From contig DF237378.1 in the NCBI GenBank assembly GCA_000708835.1, positions 1-36,666 of the forward strand: 36,666 nt of DNA, written 5' to 3'. A program made the position numbers and the translations under genes. The notes under the pieces were generated by a model that saw only the letters and a list, made by a program, of their open reading frames with translations, ran no database searches and was not told where the DNA came from. Positions 1 through 11,800 of the stretch are shown here, in pieces; position 1 is the first letter of the stretch, and each line of letters begins with the position of its first letter. The DNA comes from Klebsormidium nitens. Its lineage: Eukaryota; Plantae; Klebsormidiophyceae.

Positions 1-493
1 AACGTATCACGCACAAACGCGCGCTATGTTGGGTAGACCCGGAAGCTTTTTTTTACAATTGAGGACGACCTCGGCCGAGAGCCCATAAGGAGTACCCTTA
101 GTTCAACTCCAAACATTTGAAGACTAACCCACACTGGTCACCGAGCTTTTCAAGAGCTGAGCTGTCAAACGAAAGCATCAACTCGACGATACAGGAGCTG
201 CTCCTTCAGTCTCAAAGAGGCTTCGGCAGACCCGTCTCTATTTCCAAATTTTCCGAACATGTGACGATTTTCTGACCGAGGCTGGAACCAGATTTTGACG
301 GGCGCCCTACATATCAAAGACCAAGTCTCCTTAAGCTTTGACGACCCAGAGTTACGATGCTCTTTAGACGACGCCTGAAGCTAACCTCTCAAGACGCGTG
401 AATGCTGGCAGATTTATCACTTGTTGGGAGAAGTGCGCATTCGATCCGGGTTCAAAGCGGGACACTGTAAAGGGCGGGTGGCTTTGAGCTCAC

Positions 494-2355
494 CCCAGTA
501 TTTGCGGGATCGAGGAGGGTGGTGCCTGTAGGGAGTGTGAATTGACCTCCTTTCGCAGCGCAATCAACGGTGACGCATGCCTGGCCCAGAGCACTGTAGC
601 GGGTGACCACATAGCCGCTGACGTTCAGCCCCAGGGGCCCAAAAATCTCAATGGCTTCGCCTGAGAAGAAGCGGATTGGGTGGCTTGTAAATATTGATCT
701 TGAAATAGTCACAGGCCTAACAGTCACGATGGCTTCATCTGAGAAGAAGAAGCACATTGGGGGGCTTGTAAAAGCTCATCTTGAAATGGTCAAAAGTCTT
801 TTGAAATTGCTTCAAAGTTAAATTTGAGAAAAGCGCTTTTACTCGGAGCACAGGCCTGCCAAGACTGATAGAGGGGGTTCTAGAAACTCGGAGCTCATTT
901 TGGAGACAATGACAGCAGGCGGAGAAGTACCATTCGGTACGTTTTGCGAAAGCTGCTGAGATCTGTGCTTGTTCTCAAATCTGCACCGCCAGGTATAGAA
1001 GATTCCTGCTCTACTGCTTACACAGAGTGGGTGTCGATGAGATTGATCTTGCAAGGTTCGGTGGGCTTCACAAGATTGCGAAGAAGGGGGAGGCAAATCA
1101 CAAGGCATCCGCCCGTTTCTAGCAATGCCAGTGTAATATTCACTGCTCACCAAAATCGAGCGCCAAGTTGTCCCAGTGGATCTCATCGATGAAGACGGCT
1201 GTGGCACCGGTCTGGGTTAAGCGACGCCGCGCCGGCAGATCCCTGCTGTCAGCAACTTCAGCGAGTCAGGGCTGAGCGACTAAATCTGCTTAAATAAATG
1301 ATAGTAGCTCCTGAGGAGATGGCTAGAACCAGTTCTTGTGAGGCGCGATACTTCGGAACCGAGCGTGAGCGGGGAGCCCAAGAGTCACAGTGCATTGAGA
1401 CTCTGTGTTCTTATTGTTCGTCGTCAGCGAGTGAGAAAATTGGATAATCGGTTGACTTAGACGTGAGCGGTGAAAAGATTGGAGCTTGTAGCGGTCTCCA
1501 ATAGCCCCTGCCAATCCGTCTTCATTCGGATTGGCATGTGTCCGTTTAAGTAAAAGCTCGACATTTAGTTTGGCCGGAGAGGATACACTCTCATGTATGG
1601 GACAGTGCTCAAGAAGGTAGGATAAGCGTGCCCCATTGGAGCAAGGAAGCTGCAGTAGAGGAAAAATGACACAAACGTCTGTGCTTACACCCACTACTTT
1701 CCCAGCTCAACCATGCTTCTTCGTTAGGAAAGCCTTGGCCCTCAAACCGTCATGGGCTCTCGACAAGAACCAATTTGGTGTGACGTGGGCAGGTAGTGCT
1801 CCTCTGCCACCCCATTTGCTATCCCCTCTACTCGTTTTTCAAAGCCTTTTCTTGGCCTAAATGCGCCAAGGAATTGACGTCTGCAAGTACCATGCTTGGT
1901 CCGTGACAATGACGAGAAGCGACTTCTCAGCGCAAGTAGCATGTCCGTGAAGTGGACGTTCATCGACATTGACCTCTATTAAAGAAGAACGAGCAGAAGT
2001 GCCAAAGTTTAAACACCAATCTTGTAAGTCGTCTTATCAGAAGGACAGATCTGATTGTGTGGCCCTCGAATCCGCTCCCTCGACCAGTTGCGCCGTCACG
2101 GGAATTCGATCATATATGAAAGGAACTTTGCGGCACTGGATCAACCAGCATTTGAAAGTTCTACAGTATGGTCCACAGTCCAGGAACAAAAGCATACTCC
2201 GACAGCCTTGATCTACTATGTCGCAATGGGCAGTAAAGTGAGTTGTTTCCAACTTCACAGACGTCAGAAGCGCGCATTCTAGACGCTTACCTGCCATCCA
2301 CTGCGCTTGTCGCAACAACGATCAGCAACACGACAAAGGTTGCCCATGAACCCAT
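494..2355 (-). CDS. Spliced gene, secreted LTD (lamin-tail-domain)-like protein; 3' part lies beyond the window start
   Basis: Hand-spliced exons 2355-2291 (ATG; donor AG|GTAAGC), 1242-1151 (acceptor CAG; donor G|GTGAGC) and 660-494 (acceptor TTCTTCTCAG; donor G|GTGAGC) join in phase. Product: MGSWATFVVLLIVVATSAVDG-RDLPARRRLTQTGATAVFIDEIHWDNLALDFG-EAIEIFGPLGLNVSGYVVTRYSALGQACVTVDCAAKGGQFTLPTGTTLLDPANTG. It has a hydrophobic signal peptide, then a motif resembling VFINEIHYDN..xDxGEAIEIAGPAGTDLSG of bacterial LTD domains (recognised from memory, not searched). Confidence 0.8.
651..792. repeat. Imperfect tandem duplication (78-bp period) covering a 3' splice site
   Basis: 651-712 and 729-792 share ATGGCTTC..CTGAGAAGAAG...TTGGG.GGCTTGTAAA....ATCTTGAAAT.GTCA. 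Each copy contains the minus-strand acceptor TTCTTCTCAG. Confidence 0.8.
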
Positions 2356-3127
2356 TGCTTCCAGATTTTCAACTCTCCCTGAAGCCAGTTTCTGCAGGGT
2401 TCAAACTCTCTCAGAACCCTCTATGCAGGCTGGATCGCGTTCCTCATTCACACACACAGTGACTGAAGCATTCTGCTTCTTGTGGGCCGTTGTGTGGCAG
2501 TGGCACTGGGAAGATAAGGAATTAGGAACCCAGAGTCAGATGTGTCGGCTCTTGGCAAGGCTCGTATGAATTAGAAAAATGAAGAGTTTTTCAGTGCTCA
2601 CGAGTAGCTTGCAGAAAAGCGGCCACTTGCTCCAAGCCTGGAATGCCACGTCTGTGTTTGTAGAACAGAGCAGGCTCCTATGGAAAGCCAGGCTGAGCAA
2701 TTGCAATCTTTGATATCTTCCATGAATTAAGCCAAGTGAGATTGGTTCTCCAGCTTGTCACGTGCACGGGTGGGCCTATAGCTATATTATACGCCGCTCT
2801 AATGTCTATACAAAGAAAGACGGGTACAATTGTTTTGGGCTGTCTGACAGGCTGGAACATTCGACCCGAATTCACAGTGGGCCCTTCTAAAGCACGTGAA
2901 CGCTGATCCTGAATTGCCCCTGAATTGTTCCAGCCTGTTGTACCATATCTGAGTCAATCGGCCCGCCAGCCATTCTAGGCAGCTCAGATCCGTTCTCAGG
3001 GATCCGGTCAGCTGACGTATACATCCAGCTCGTGATCATGCCAAGCTGTATAGGGATCAGAGAGACCCTGGTTATGTCAGCCCAGTCAGCCCAGTTCACA
3101 CATGTACAGCATAGTACTATAACTTAC

Positions 3128-3230
3128 CTGACGCGCTGCGAATTTTCCAGTCTCTCTAGCTACATGGATTCAATGCTTGAGCTTGGCTCATTTCATCGAT
3201 CCGCGGACTCTAGCTGGTAGGCTTGGATTA
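3128..3230 (-). other. Probable 5' UTR exon of the LTD-like gene (5' boundary approximate)
   Basis: Perfect donor CAG|GTAAGT on the minus strand at 3128/3127. A candidate acceptor (CCCTGCAG) lies at 2394-2392, upstream of the ATG at 2355. Confidence 0.45.
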
Positions 3231-3233
3231 GTA

Positions 3234-3271
3234 TAGTATGTGGTATGTAGTATGTAGTATGTAGTATGTAG
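3234..3271. repeat. (TAGTATG)n minisatellite, about 5.4 copies
   Basis: TAGTATG TGGTATG TAGTATG TAGTATG TAGTATG TAG read directly. Confidence 0.9.
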
Positions 3272-3364
3272 ACGGTTACGGTTTTTTGGAATAGTATAGT
3301 TGCCCCAAACTGCTAGAAACCCTGACAAGTTCCGCGGGATATTAAGGGCGTGCCGACCCCCCGG

Positions 3365-3454
3365 GCCCGCGTTTAGTCGATTCCGTACGGTACGGAACGA
3401 TTTCCGTACCGTACGGAATCGTTCCGTACCGTACGGAATCGACTAAACGCGGGC
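3365..3454. repeat. Near-perfect 90-bp palindrome (perfect 38-bp arms)
   Basis: 3365-3402 GCCCGCGTTTAGTCGATTCCGTACGGTACGGAACGATT is the exact reverse complement of 3417-3454. The loop (T-CCGTAC-C-GTACGG) is itself self-complementary. Confidence 0.95.
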
Positions 3455-6009
3455 AGAGTTCTGGGTGGTACTAACGTAACATAAGTCACATACGTCAAGC
3501 ATTCACAGTTTACGGCACGCGCGCACAACGGTCGCTGGCAAGATTGGATTGGCGGTGGATGGCCGGCATGTGGTATCAGATAACGCCGGAACCCTTTCCC
3601 TGTCGATAACCCTTGCCGTCGTCGGCAGCTAGCCGCCTGGCGGCCGCGTTCACTAGCACGACGCGCTGTCGCGCGACGACGCCCAACTCGCCGGCAGAAT
3701 CTGCGCGAGCTTCAAACAACTTATCGCGCGAAAAATGTTTGACCCGACACCCGCGCGTTAGAATGTCGCGCGATCTCAACCTTCGTTACTCGCGCCGAAA
3801 CCGACCGCTATAACAAGCTCTCTGCGGTCGGCCGACTCAATCAACAGAACGCGCTTCCTGGCACGAGTCATTGAAGTTCGTCCGCAAAACAGTAACAGAA
3901 CACCAAAGAGACTAGGCGTTTGTTCAACAAAGCATAAGACACGAGATAGAAGAGTGAAAGAAGAGAAGACCGCGACAAAGAGGACCGGGCCTGGGGTATT
4001 TTTGTTGTTTGGCAATCGGAGGGTCCTAAGTAATTGCTTTACTTCAACGTGCCCTGCTTCTCAATCCCGCCCAAGCCTACACTGCCGACAAGAGTGACAA
4101 CAATTTCTCTGCCTTCCCTTGTACACTGGTATGAAATCGAAAGGTGCCAATATCGTTTGGATCAACTATGAGGCTATGAAAACTGCAGGGAAAGCATGAT
4201 TAGACTCGATTCTTTTCAATGAAGTCGTCATTAGTCTGGTGGTTTTTATCATTTGAGATTATCTTCTCTGATTGTCCTGCGAGTCGAGGTGAGTTCCTTT
4301 GCATGTGGATTCATTCATCCCCAGGCCCGGTACTTGGTCTCCAAAGGGCCGATTGCAGTCGTTACATTGACCGCATACAAACATAGCTCAATAGGCAGTA
4401 GTCACGAGATCAACCCCAAGGACTGAGCAGCAAGAGAAAGAGACCAATAAAAACCTGAGATGATACAGCACCTTGTCCAGACAATCTCCGTTATTGCATG
4501 TATAGGAGATAGTAAATGAGGGATTTACATGGCCTTTTTTGCTCTAGAAAGCTCTATTATTACTTGGATGGTCTCAGTTATCCAGTCCCTCATTGTTTCG
4601 AATGCTAGCTGCTAGCTTCCAACATGCTCCATGTATGATATGAATATGAAGTTGCTAGGGGCTAAGGATGCGGAAAAGGTCCTCAGGCTCGTGCCTTGAC
4701 TCGAGAGGCAAGGCTGATCATGCATCTCGGCTTGGGTGCATTTTCAATCTTGTCGACTTTGTCACTTTATAGTCCGCTCGGCCGGGAACTCCGGTTGAAG
4801 TGTCCAGCACACGGCATGCTGGCCGAAGGAACCTCGGTCCTCGACCCTCCGGCCCGTTTTGTCGCCGGCCCCGGCGGCTCCGATTTTGGTGGGCAACCAG
4901 CGGCCGGCGGGCGGCCGACGGCAACTTGCAACGTTTCTACGGTGTCCCGGGAATCTTGCAATATCACCGACCGACCGCTCTCTGGCTCTCGCGCGAGCCG
5001 GTTGACCGCGTCGGATGAGGTTCATTAGTAAGGGCTAACAACCACCGGATGTATTGCATGCACGTACCAATCGGTCTTGGTGACATTGTGCTAGCTAGCT
5101 GTACTGTTTGCCGTCAGGCGGCGAGTGCCGCATGAAGCTAGGAGCGCGCTCGAGCCGTACTCTTAGCTGGACATCTCTGTGGGTGCGGGTCAATGTGTCA
5201 CGGTAGTGCACAATCAGCGGGCGGCGCTTCAGAAAGCCTGCAACGGGGGCATCTCCTTATGAATAGTAAATAAGTGGTAGATATTACGTGTGTTGACTCA
5301 CTGAGCACGCGGGCGATTTGGCTTGACGCCGCAAATGCGCCCTTATCAATCAAAAGAGTCTGAAAAACAGTTGTTCAGTACTATGATTATGTCGGAAAAG
5401 CAATCATGAGAAAAAAACTTATATAACAAGTGTGTTTGAACTTGTGAACTTGACAGAGAAACGCGGCCTGTCTTAGCATCCACTGCTCGATCAAATTCGA
5501 TAAATCTATGCTCACAGCCCCGTCATAATATCATGATATAGATTGATCAAAGTAGAAACGTTCTGTGGCCTGCTCCGGCCGGCGGGCTGCCATATTGCCG
5601 CGATCGCGAACAGGATATATGTGCGACGCATGAGCGAGTTCAGAGCTAAAATGTGCACACTCAGGGCCGTTGATTTCAAACAGAATGAGCCGCAGCCTGC
5701 TCGGGTTGAGTCCACTGTATTGCAGCGAGCTCGTGACGACAAAAACGAAGCTGACTTGGATTCCACATCTGCTAGCGCACGGCGCAGAGTCGTGTGAGAC
5801 AACCCGCGGCCGCACGAGCGAATGCTTAACCTCTGAGACGGCCCAGCAGCCACCTTCGGGCACGTCATAGAAGGCCGGCGAAGGCCAAATCAGGCGGGTG
5901 CAGCGAGAGTGTCGCTGTTGGGCGAAGGCTCGACGAGCCCGCTTTATACGTCGCGCGTGTGCAAGTGGACAGCGCAGGCCCACAGAAGGCTCTAGCTTCT
6001 AACCAGGCG

Positions 6010-6142
6010 GGTTACCAGCCTGAGTCTGTGGTCCATGGACAAATAACCCGGCTTCAGCCCGGTTCCGGGGCTGGTTACCGCCCAAGTCTGTCCATAGGAC
6101 ATATAACCATTCTCTACCAGCCCATAAGCAGCCCATAACCAT
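6010..6142. repeat. Imperfect direct repeats
   Basis: GGTTACC.GCC..AGTCTG..GTCCAT.GGACA.ATAACC-like unit at 6010-6048 and 6073-6108, followed by CAGCCCATAA twice (6118-6142). Confidence 0.6.
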
Positions 6143-9100
6143 ATCGTTAAGGGCCAAACATTCGTCTGAGCTAGCTAGGCGGCCGCAGCTGCGCGCACGT
6201 CTCAAGCTGACGGTCAGGACAAACTTGAAGTATGTCTTGAACGTCGTCGTTCAAAAGGAATGGACACTGTCGCTCATCAACTTTCCGTATACGCACTAAG
6301 CAGTGACGAACGGTTCCGAGCAGCTCGCTTGCTGCTCAACTGGCGTATTTCGTGCACCGCATAAGCTTACTGATCGCTGTGGGAAGCAACTCAAACTGGC
6401 CCCTTTTTGGAGCTCCCGGTTAGCGTTCTCAGTATGCGCTCTTAGTAGGAAAACGTTACGTCGCGTGTTGTTTTTGTGAAATACCAGACCGCAGGGCGGC
6501 CCTTCGGCAAGAATTTCGGCCCCACTCTCGCCTTCGAACGTTGAATGTGGCTACCCAGATGAAACAACACCGGCCAGAAACTGGCCACTGGACATTGAAC
6601 CATTTGCCGGCATTGCCGGAGGATGTCCCTTAGTTCTTTAATTGCAATTACCGGTGTGCAGCTGGAACGACTGAACGACGCTCAATTGGCCAACTCGCGA
6701 CCAGATAGAGCTGCTAGGTGACCTGATTCACGTGCCAGCCAGACGGGCGGGGCGAGCGCGCGTCCACGAGACGCACGAAGGTGACGCCCGGGGCTTATAA
6801 TCGCCCAAGTGAGCCCCGTGCTCAGATTAAAGATCTGTGCAGCGCGCAAATTAGGCAGACCGTAAGTTTCTTAAACACGGATGTGGATTGATAATCTAAA
6901 GCCCGGGGATTGACCAGTTTGTGGGGTAGAATTTTTGCGCAGCTCTCCCGTTGATTCTGATCCGTTCCAAGCTGAAGGTCGAAGTGGAAGTGATTATATT
7001 GGTTTCAGGAGTTAGGGTCTCGAAATCAACTGTGATCGACCCCGCCGAAGCATTCTCCGTCATGGTAAGAACGGACGCTCGACCACCATGGCGAAGGCCC
7101 CACCTGAAGCCCAGGCGGACGCAGGCGGTCGAGGCAATGGCCGTTCCTTTCGCTCCGCGCGCTGCGCTCACTCAACCGACAGGATTGCAACAGACGTTGA
7201 TCTAAATGTTGACTGTCAGTATGTGCTCCGCCTTACTACCATTTCAATAGTGTGCACGTGACGCCAGGCGCTTTCTCTCCCGGCCACGGAGACATACTTC
7301 AAGCCCGTCCTAGCCTGGTTGCTCGGCCGTCGTGGGTCCAATGCGAAGCCGCAATTCATGGCGAAAAAAATGGATGAATGTTTACTACGTGTCAAGGACA
7401 TGGAAGTGCGGTTTGTCAATATAGTGGGTTCAATCCTGAAGTGCTCAACTGAGAAGAAGAGGAGTTTTGATTCTTCACGCAGGCAGGCTGTACCGGTCGT
7501 ACATTCCCCCGATTCTTTCACTCAACATGTTTAAGTGGCAAAAGAACTTCAAAAGATTATGGGTGGACCATCAAGGAGCTACCAGTGTCCGGAAGCAGGT
7601 CTCATGTCAAACATTCATTCGCAGTTTTTCAAACGGCATCCGTGACGTCCCCAAACGCGCTGGCCTTTTGCCATGCATCAGCTTTTCGTCATGGCCTTTC
7701 CAGGTGTCGCTAAAAGTCATATTGTAGCAGGATCACTGACTAATGAAACAACTGAAGCAAATGTAGCTGATCAACGTAAAATATTCCGCGAAAGCACTTG
7801 GTGACGAAAGAAGTCGAACCGTTCACATTCAACCTGGCCGAACGGCTGGCAGCCAGCGACACAAAGCTGAAAGTTCTTCGCCCAGTCAGAAGTCAAACCC
7901 AAAATGTTTATCCAGAAAGCTGTTAACCTGACGAGTGGAAGTACTGCGCGGTGGCGCCACAGCTGTATCGACAAGCTGCATCGACGTCGCGGCCGCCAGG
8001 TTCGCCGCGCAAGGCTCGTCCAGCGGCCCATGCCGAGTGCAGTCAGGGCGTAAAGCGAGTCTGATCGCCGGCGATCCTTTGCACCAAGCGCAACTATAGT
8101 AGCTCCAGCCATGGATGAGTTGCCGCCAGCACGCGCGGCGGCCGGCTGCCGCACGGCGCGGAGTCGCGCGCGCAGATTACGCGCAACCGGGGGAGCCGCA
8201 GCTTGCGGCGGCCGCAAGGACCAGCCGCCGCCGGCTTCAAGGGCCGGGGCGACCAAGACGAATGCAGTAGCGGGATTGCCACGCTTTCCTGTGCTGCTAT
8301 TCAAAGTGCCTAAGAATGACGGTCCACCGGCGAAGAAGGGCAGGGCCTTTTGTTCGGCCAATGAACAGAGACTGGGAGATCCTACGTATCTTTTAAGGTT
8401 TGCAACGAAAAGCTGGTATACATTATCAGCCAGGTTCCGGCCATCAAATGCAGGTAAGTCTAGATTGATGGGCGAAGTTAGGCGCGCGCGTGCAATCGGC
8501 GGCCAGCGCGGGCCGCGCGCGATGGCAGCCCCAGCTGGACTTACGTCAACTCGTTCAAAAGTACAATTTGGATGTGCCTATATCGCTTTGTTCGACACGA
8601 TTGTAAAGAGCAGGTTCGGGCAGCGCTTCTTGAGAAAACGGTCTCTCGTAGTGCAAGATTCTATCAGGCGCTGTAAGGAGACCAGGTCTTTTGCCGAAGT
8701 GAGCGCTCGGTTGTCCCAACCAAGAGAGGCCAGGGTCACATTGGGAAGCAGGCTAGTTGAAGGGCTACAAGGGGACCACAAGTCAAGTTTCACCATTCGG
8801 ATCGCAGAACCGGCAGTCTCCTACACGCAACCTGACTACAGCGCGAGTTGTAAAAGTAACTTTGCACACAACTCTCGAAAAGGCTTCTGGACGACCACGT
8901 TGACAGGAGGTACGTCCGAATTTGGCGCAAACGGGTTCCTCCAGACGGCCTGGCTGAATATTGCCGGAAAGAGTGCTGAGGACACATTCGAGGGCACGTG
9001 CCGTGATCTGACGTGACCCTCTATCTTCCATCCGTCATGTATCTTTGCCAAGCTGCATTAACTGCGGGCACAAAGAACTTAACAAAATGCTAAGTGGCGA

Positions 9101-9218
9101 AACTGTGAAATCCTTGAATGGTCATCGGTAGCTGCCAGAGGCATCATTTTGCTTCGGGAGAGGGATTAGATGAGCCACGAGCCCACACATATCAAATGAG
9201 TAGATTTCGCTCAAATTC

Positions 9219-9365
9219 ATGAAGGGTAAGGTCCATGGAGGGTAACTGGGACGGGTGGGGTTAGCTTGGAGGTTAGGGTGGGTACGGGTGCGGAGCGTGT
9301 AGATATAATTGGTATATGATTTCAGTTAGGTGTTGCCGTTACCCTTCATGGCGCTTACCCTTCAT
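9219..9365. mobile_element. MITE-like inverted-repeat element with G-rich core
   Basis: Left arm ATGAAGGGTAAGGTCCATGGAGGGTAAC (9219-9246) versus reverse complement of the right arm ATGAAGGGTAAGCGCCATGAAGGGTAAC (9338-9365): 25/28 match. Each arm has two ATG(A/G)AGGGTAA units. No TSD identified. Confidence 0.55.
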
Positions 9366-10371
9366 AAAATCGAGAATTTCAATGAGTATAACATCTCTCT
9401 TCTGAAAGAGGCCTGAGGGACCGTTGAATAGGAACGGTATTAATGTACGAAGAAACCCTTCCATTGCTAATGCTGAAGAACAGGAAGGCGCGTCCAACGC
9501 TTTTAACGGACGGACTACCTAGCTGAATTTGGAAGGATCATTCTGGCGCGAAATGAAACAGTACCGTATCTCGAAGAGTAGTTCAAGCGACATGGGCCTT
9601 TGTAAGCTTGCACTTGATGAAGTCGTGGCTTACGTTTTTTCATTTTAATATATGAACTGACCAGTGATAGAACATTGGCTGGAGAGGACATCCTGCTTGC
9701 CCGCCGTATCTTATTTCTTCGATCACTCTTTCGCTTAAAAGATAGAGCGATCATGAAAGATATGATGATCAATCACAGACAACCTTCATTTCAGTACCGC
9801 TTCAGGCGAGTTTATGAACGACTCCACAATCTGCGCCGCATTCTTCGATCTTCATGGCCGCTATGACATGTCTGCCGTTCAAAGAAAAGCTGAGAGTCTT
9901 CTGCCAGCGAATCTCACAGCGTATCTGCAAAGTACGTGTCTGCGGAGGGCCGTCATTCATTTCGGAAGGCATGGGTGATTCAATTAACGCTTGAGCAGTG
10001 TGGGTGCGAATCGTTCGCTGATCTCAGAGAACAGAGCGACGTCGTGACTTCGATGCGAAGGATGAGACGTTGAAGTCACGAAGCTCTGCATACTCGAGAC
10101 GGTTGCCTCCTTTTAGCAAAGACAGACGGGAATCTCCTGACACCCTCCGTCGCTCACGAATCAGCACACAGTGGTGTAAAGAGGGCAGTCAGAAGTACCC
10201 GGTAGGAGCGTTCTGGCGGAAACCGCTGATTCAGGCTCGGAGCGGGAGGCCGGGAAATTTTCCGAATCGAAAGAACGGCCAGAAATCTCGACGCAGCGGC
10301 AAGGTAATGCAAAAGCTATTCAAACGAAGAGAGGATGCGAAACCAGGCATGGCAACATTACTGAGTCACCG

Positions 10372-11296
10372 CTGCTTCGGCTGCCGGCGTTCTTCAGCCG
10401 TGAAAGCTGCCTCCCTTAATCTGGCTTCAACGAAACCTCCGAATCTCAATGGTAACAAACCAACTCTTGTTGATCGCGAATTTTTGAAGCTTGGCTCGTT
10501 GACAAATTTCGAGATAGAAGAGGGCGACGACTCGCGGCCCGGCTCGGCTCTCTGGCAGCCGCCAACGTGAAACTCGCGCTCCGCGCGCTTACAAGTAGCC
10601 CGAGGTTTAATTTTCTCTAGGTTCAATCCAACCACGCGAATGTGCGGGCGCGTCGCAAGGGCCTCGGACCAGCCCGCGCGCGCGGCAAGCCGCGGGCCCA
10701 CTCCGCGGCAAAGTTTCGCTGCCGCCCCGAATGAAGTTGGTGCGGAGCCATACGAGAAGCGCGCTCGCGCATGAGCGCGCGAGCGCAATAGCGTGAACAC
10801 GCGAGCGCTCAAGCGCGCGAGCCTTAAGCGCGCAAGCGCTAGCGCAAGAGCGCGAGAGCTAGTGAGCCGCCGGTCCGATCGCAACAGCTACTTCGTCATA
10901 GCCGTGTCTGTTGAGGGGATTGGTCCCCTAGCTTTTGGCAAGGGAACCTTATCAACGACCAGAACGTTAGAGTTTCTTTGAATCCCGGCCAGTTTCAAGT
11001 CTAACAGCATCGAATCCCGACTGAAATTCTGAAGTTCCCCCATTCGAGTTGCAAGTTTCATCTTCGCACAAAGCTTGTTTCGAGTTTCAGGCGGCGTCAC
11101 TTTGATTCGCAATTCGAAGCGATATTTGGCGCAAACGCCATCCAGCCGTTCGCTCCCAGCCGGCTAAAGGACGTAGCCAGACCCGCGGAGATCTCCTCTT
11201 GAGACTACTTGACATATGAAAGCAGGAAGAACGCATGAAAAACGGCACAGCAATCCAAGCGGTTGCGATTAAGCAGGCCAAGTCGTAGAATTCTAA
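10372..11296 (+). repeat. 925-bp direct duplication, copy 1
   Basis: Begins CTGCTTCGGCTG and ends GTAGAATTCTAA; matches 14629-15553 (offset 4257). The ORF-track translations inside both copies are identical. Confidence 0.95.
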
Positions 11297-11606
11297 CACT
11301 ACTACCGTCCGGTGTCCTCAATTAGGGACAATGTACTCAATCGAGGACATAAAAAATGCAAACTTTGCCACGTCATTATCTCCGGCGCGGCCGCGGGTTT
11401 CAGGCGGTTTTAGGGCTTCAGTGGTAAGGGTTGGACCTCAGGACCTCGGCAAAAATCTAACTTCGGTCAAATTCGAAAGAAAACTTATTCTAGTTGCTGA
11501 GGTGTCCGGTGTGCTCATTTATCCTACAAACCTGCTCTTCTTTCGTCATTCAATTGTGTTCTTCACGTCCAAAAAGGCGCATAGGGGCAGAATGTTGTAG
11601 AGAACT

Positions 11607-11800
11607 ATGGCGTCTACATCTGGTCCATGCTTAGGTGATGTATTTCTGGTGAAGGCTGCCCATTTTGGTGAGGAGTGGGCTCAGTCTGAGTATGGGACTG
11701 CCTGGCCCTGGGTAACTTTAGCAGGCACTGTAACCAAGCAGAGGCCTGCAAAAGGGAAAACCCCAGAGAATGGGGGTTACTTTTTGAAGGAGATGAGACA
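11607..11800 (+). CDS. Probable frameshifted N-terminal extension of the transposase
   Basis: ORF MASTSGPCLGDVFLVKAAHFGEEWAQSEYGTAWPWVTLAGTVTKQRPAKGKTPE overlaps an open -1 frame reading WGLLFEGDET directly into MYWFSKLQ (11801). A single base restored near 11755-11775 fuses them. Confidence 0.5.

Noticed and set aside
3120-3140. ACTTACCTG resembling the U1 snRNA 5' end
   Set aside because: Downstream sequence does not continue as U1; it is the reverse complement of a 5' splice site.
3365-3454. CRISPR-like repeated 17-mers
   Set aside because: Units abut with 3-4-nt spacers in an inverted arrangement, there are no cas genes, and the context is eukaryotic.
7320-7560. WVQCE ... FHSTCL motifs hinting at a PHD/CW finger
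   Set aside because: Motifs are in frames broken by stops with wrong Cys spacing; too weak to call.
8111-9016. 301-aa ORF, the longest non-TE ORF
   Set aside because: The first half is Arg/Ala-rich reading through GC islands, it contains an internal perfect donor (CAG|GTAAGT at 8453/8454), and I recognise no domain. Not supportable as a CDS, though parts could be exons.
9270-9285. TTAGGG telomere-like motif
   Set aside because: A single copy within a G-rich repeat core; no array.
11297-11310. Calling the element CACTA/EnSpm from its CACTA termini
   Set aside because: The encoded enzyme has piggyBac motifs, not TnpD/Transposase_21, and there is no 3-bp TSD (TAA versus ATA).
11750-11790. Programmed -1 ribosomal frameshift joining the two transposase frames
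   Set aside because: GGGAAAA at 11754-11760 is not in the X-XXY-YYZ register of the upstream frame; an indel is the simpler explanation.
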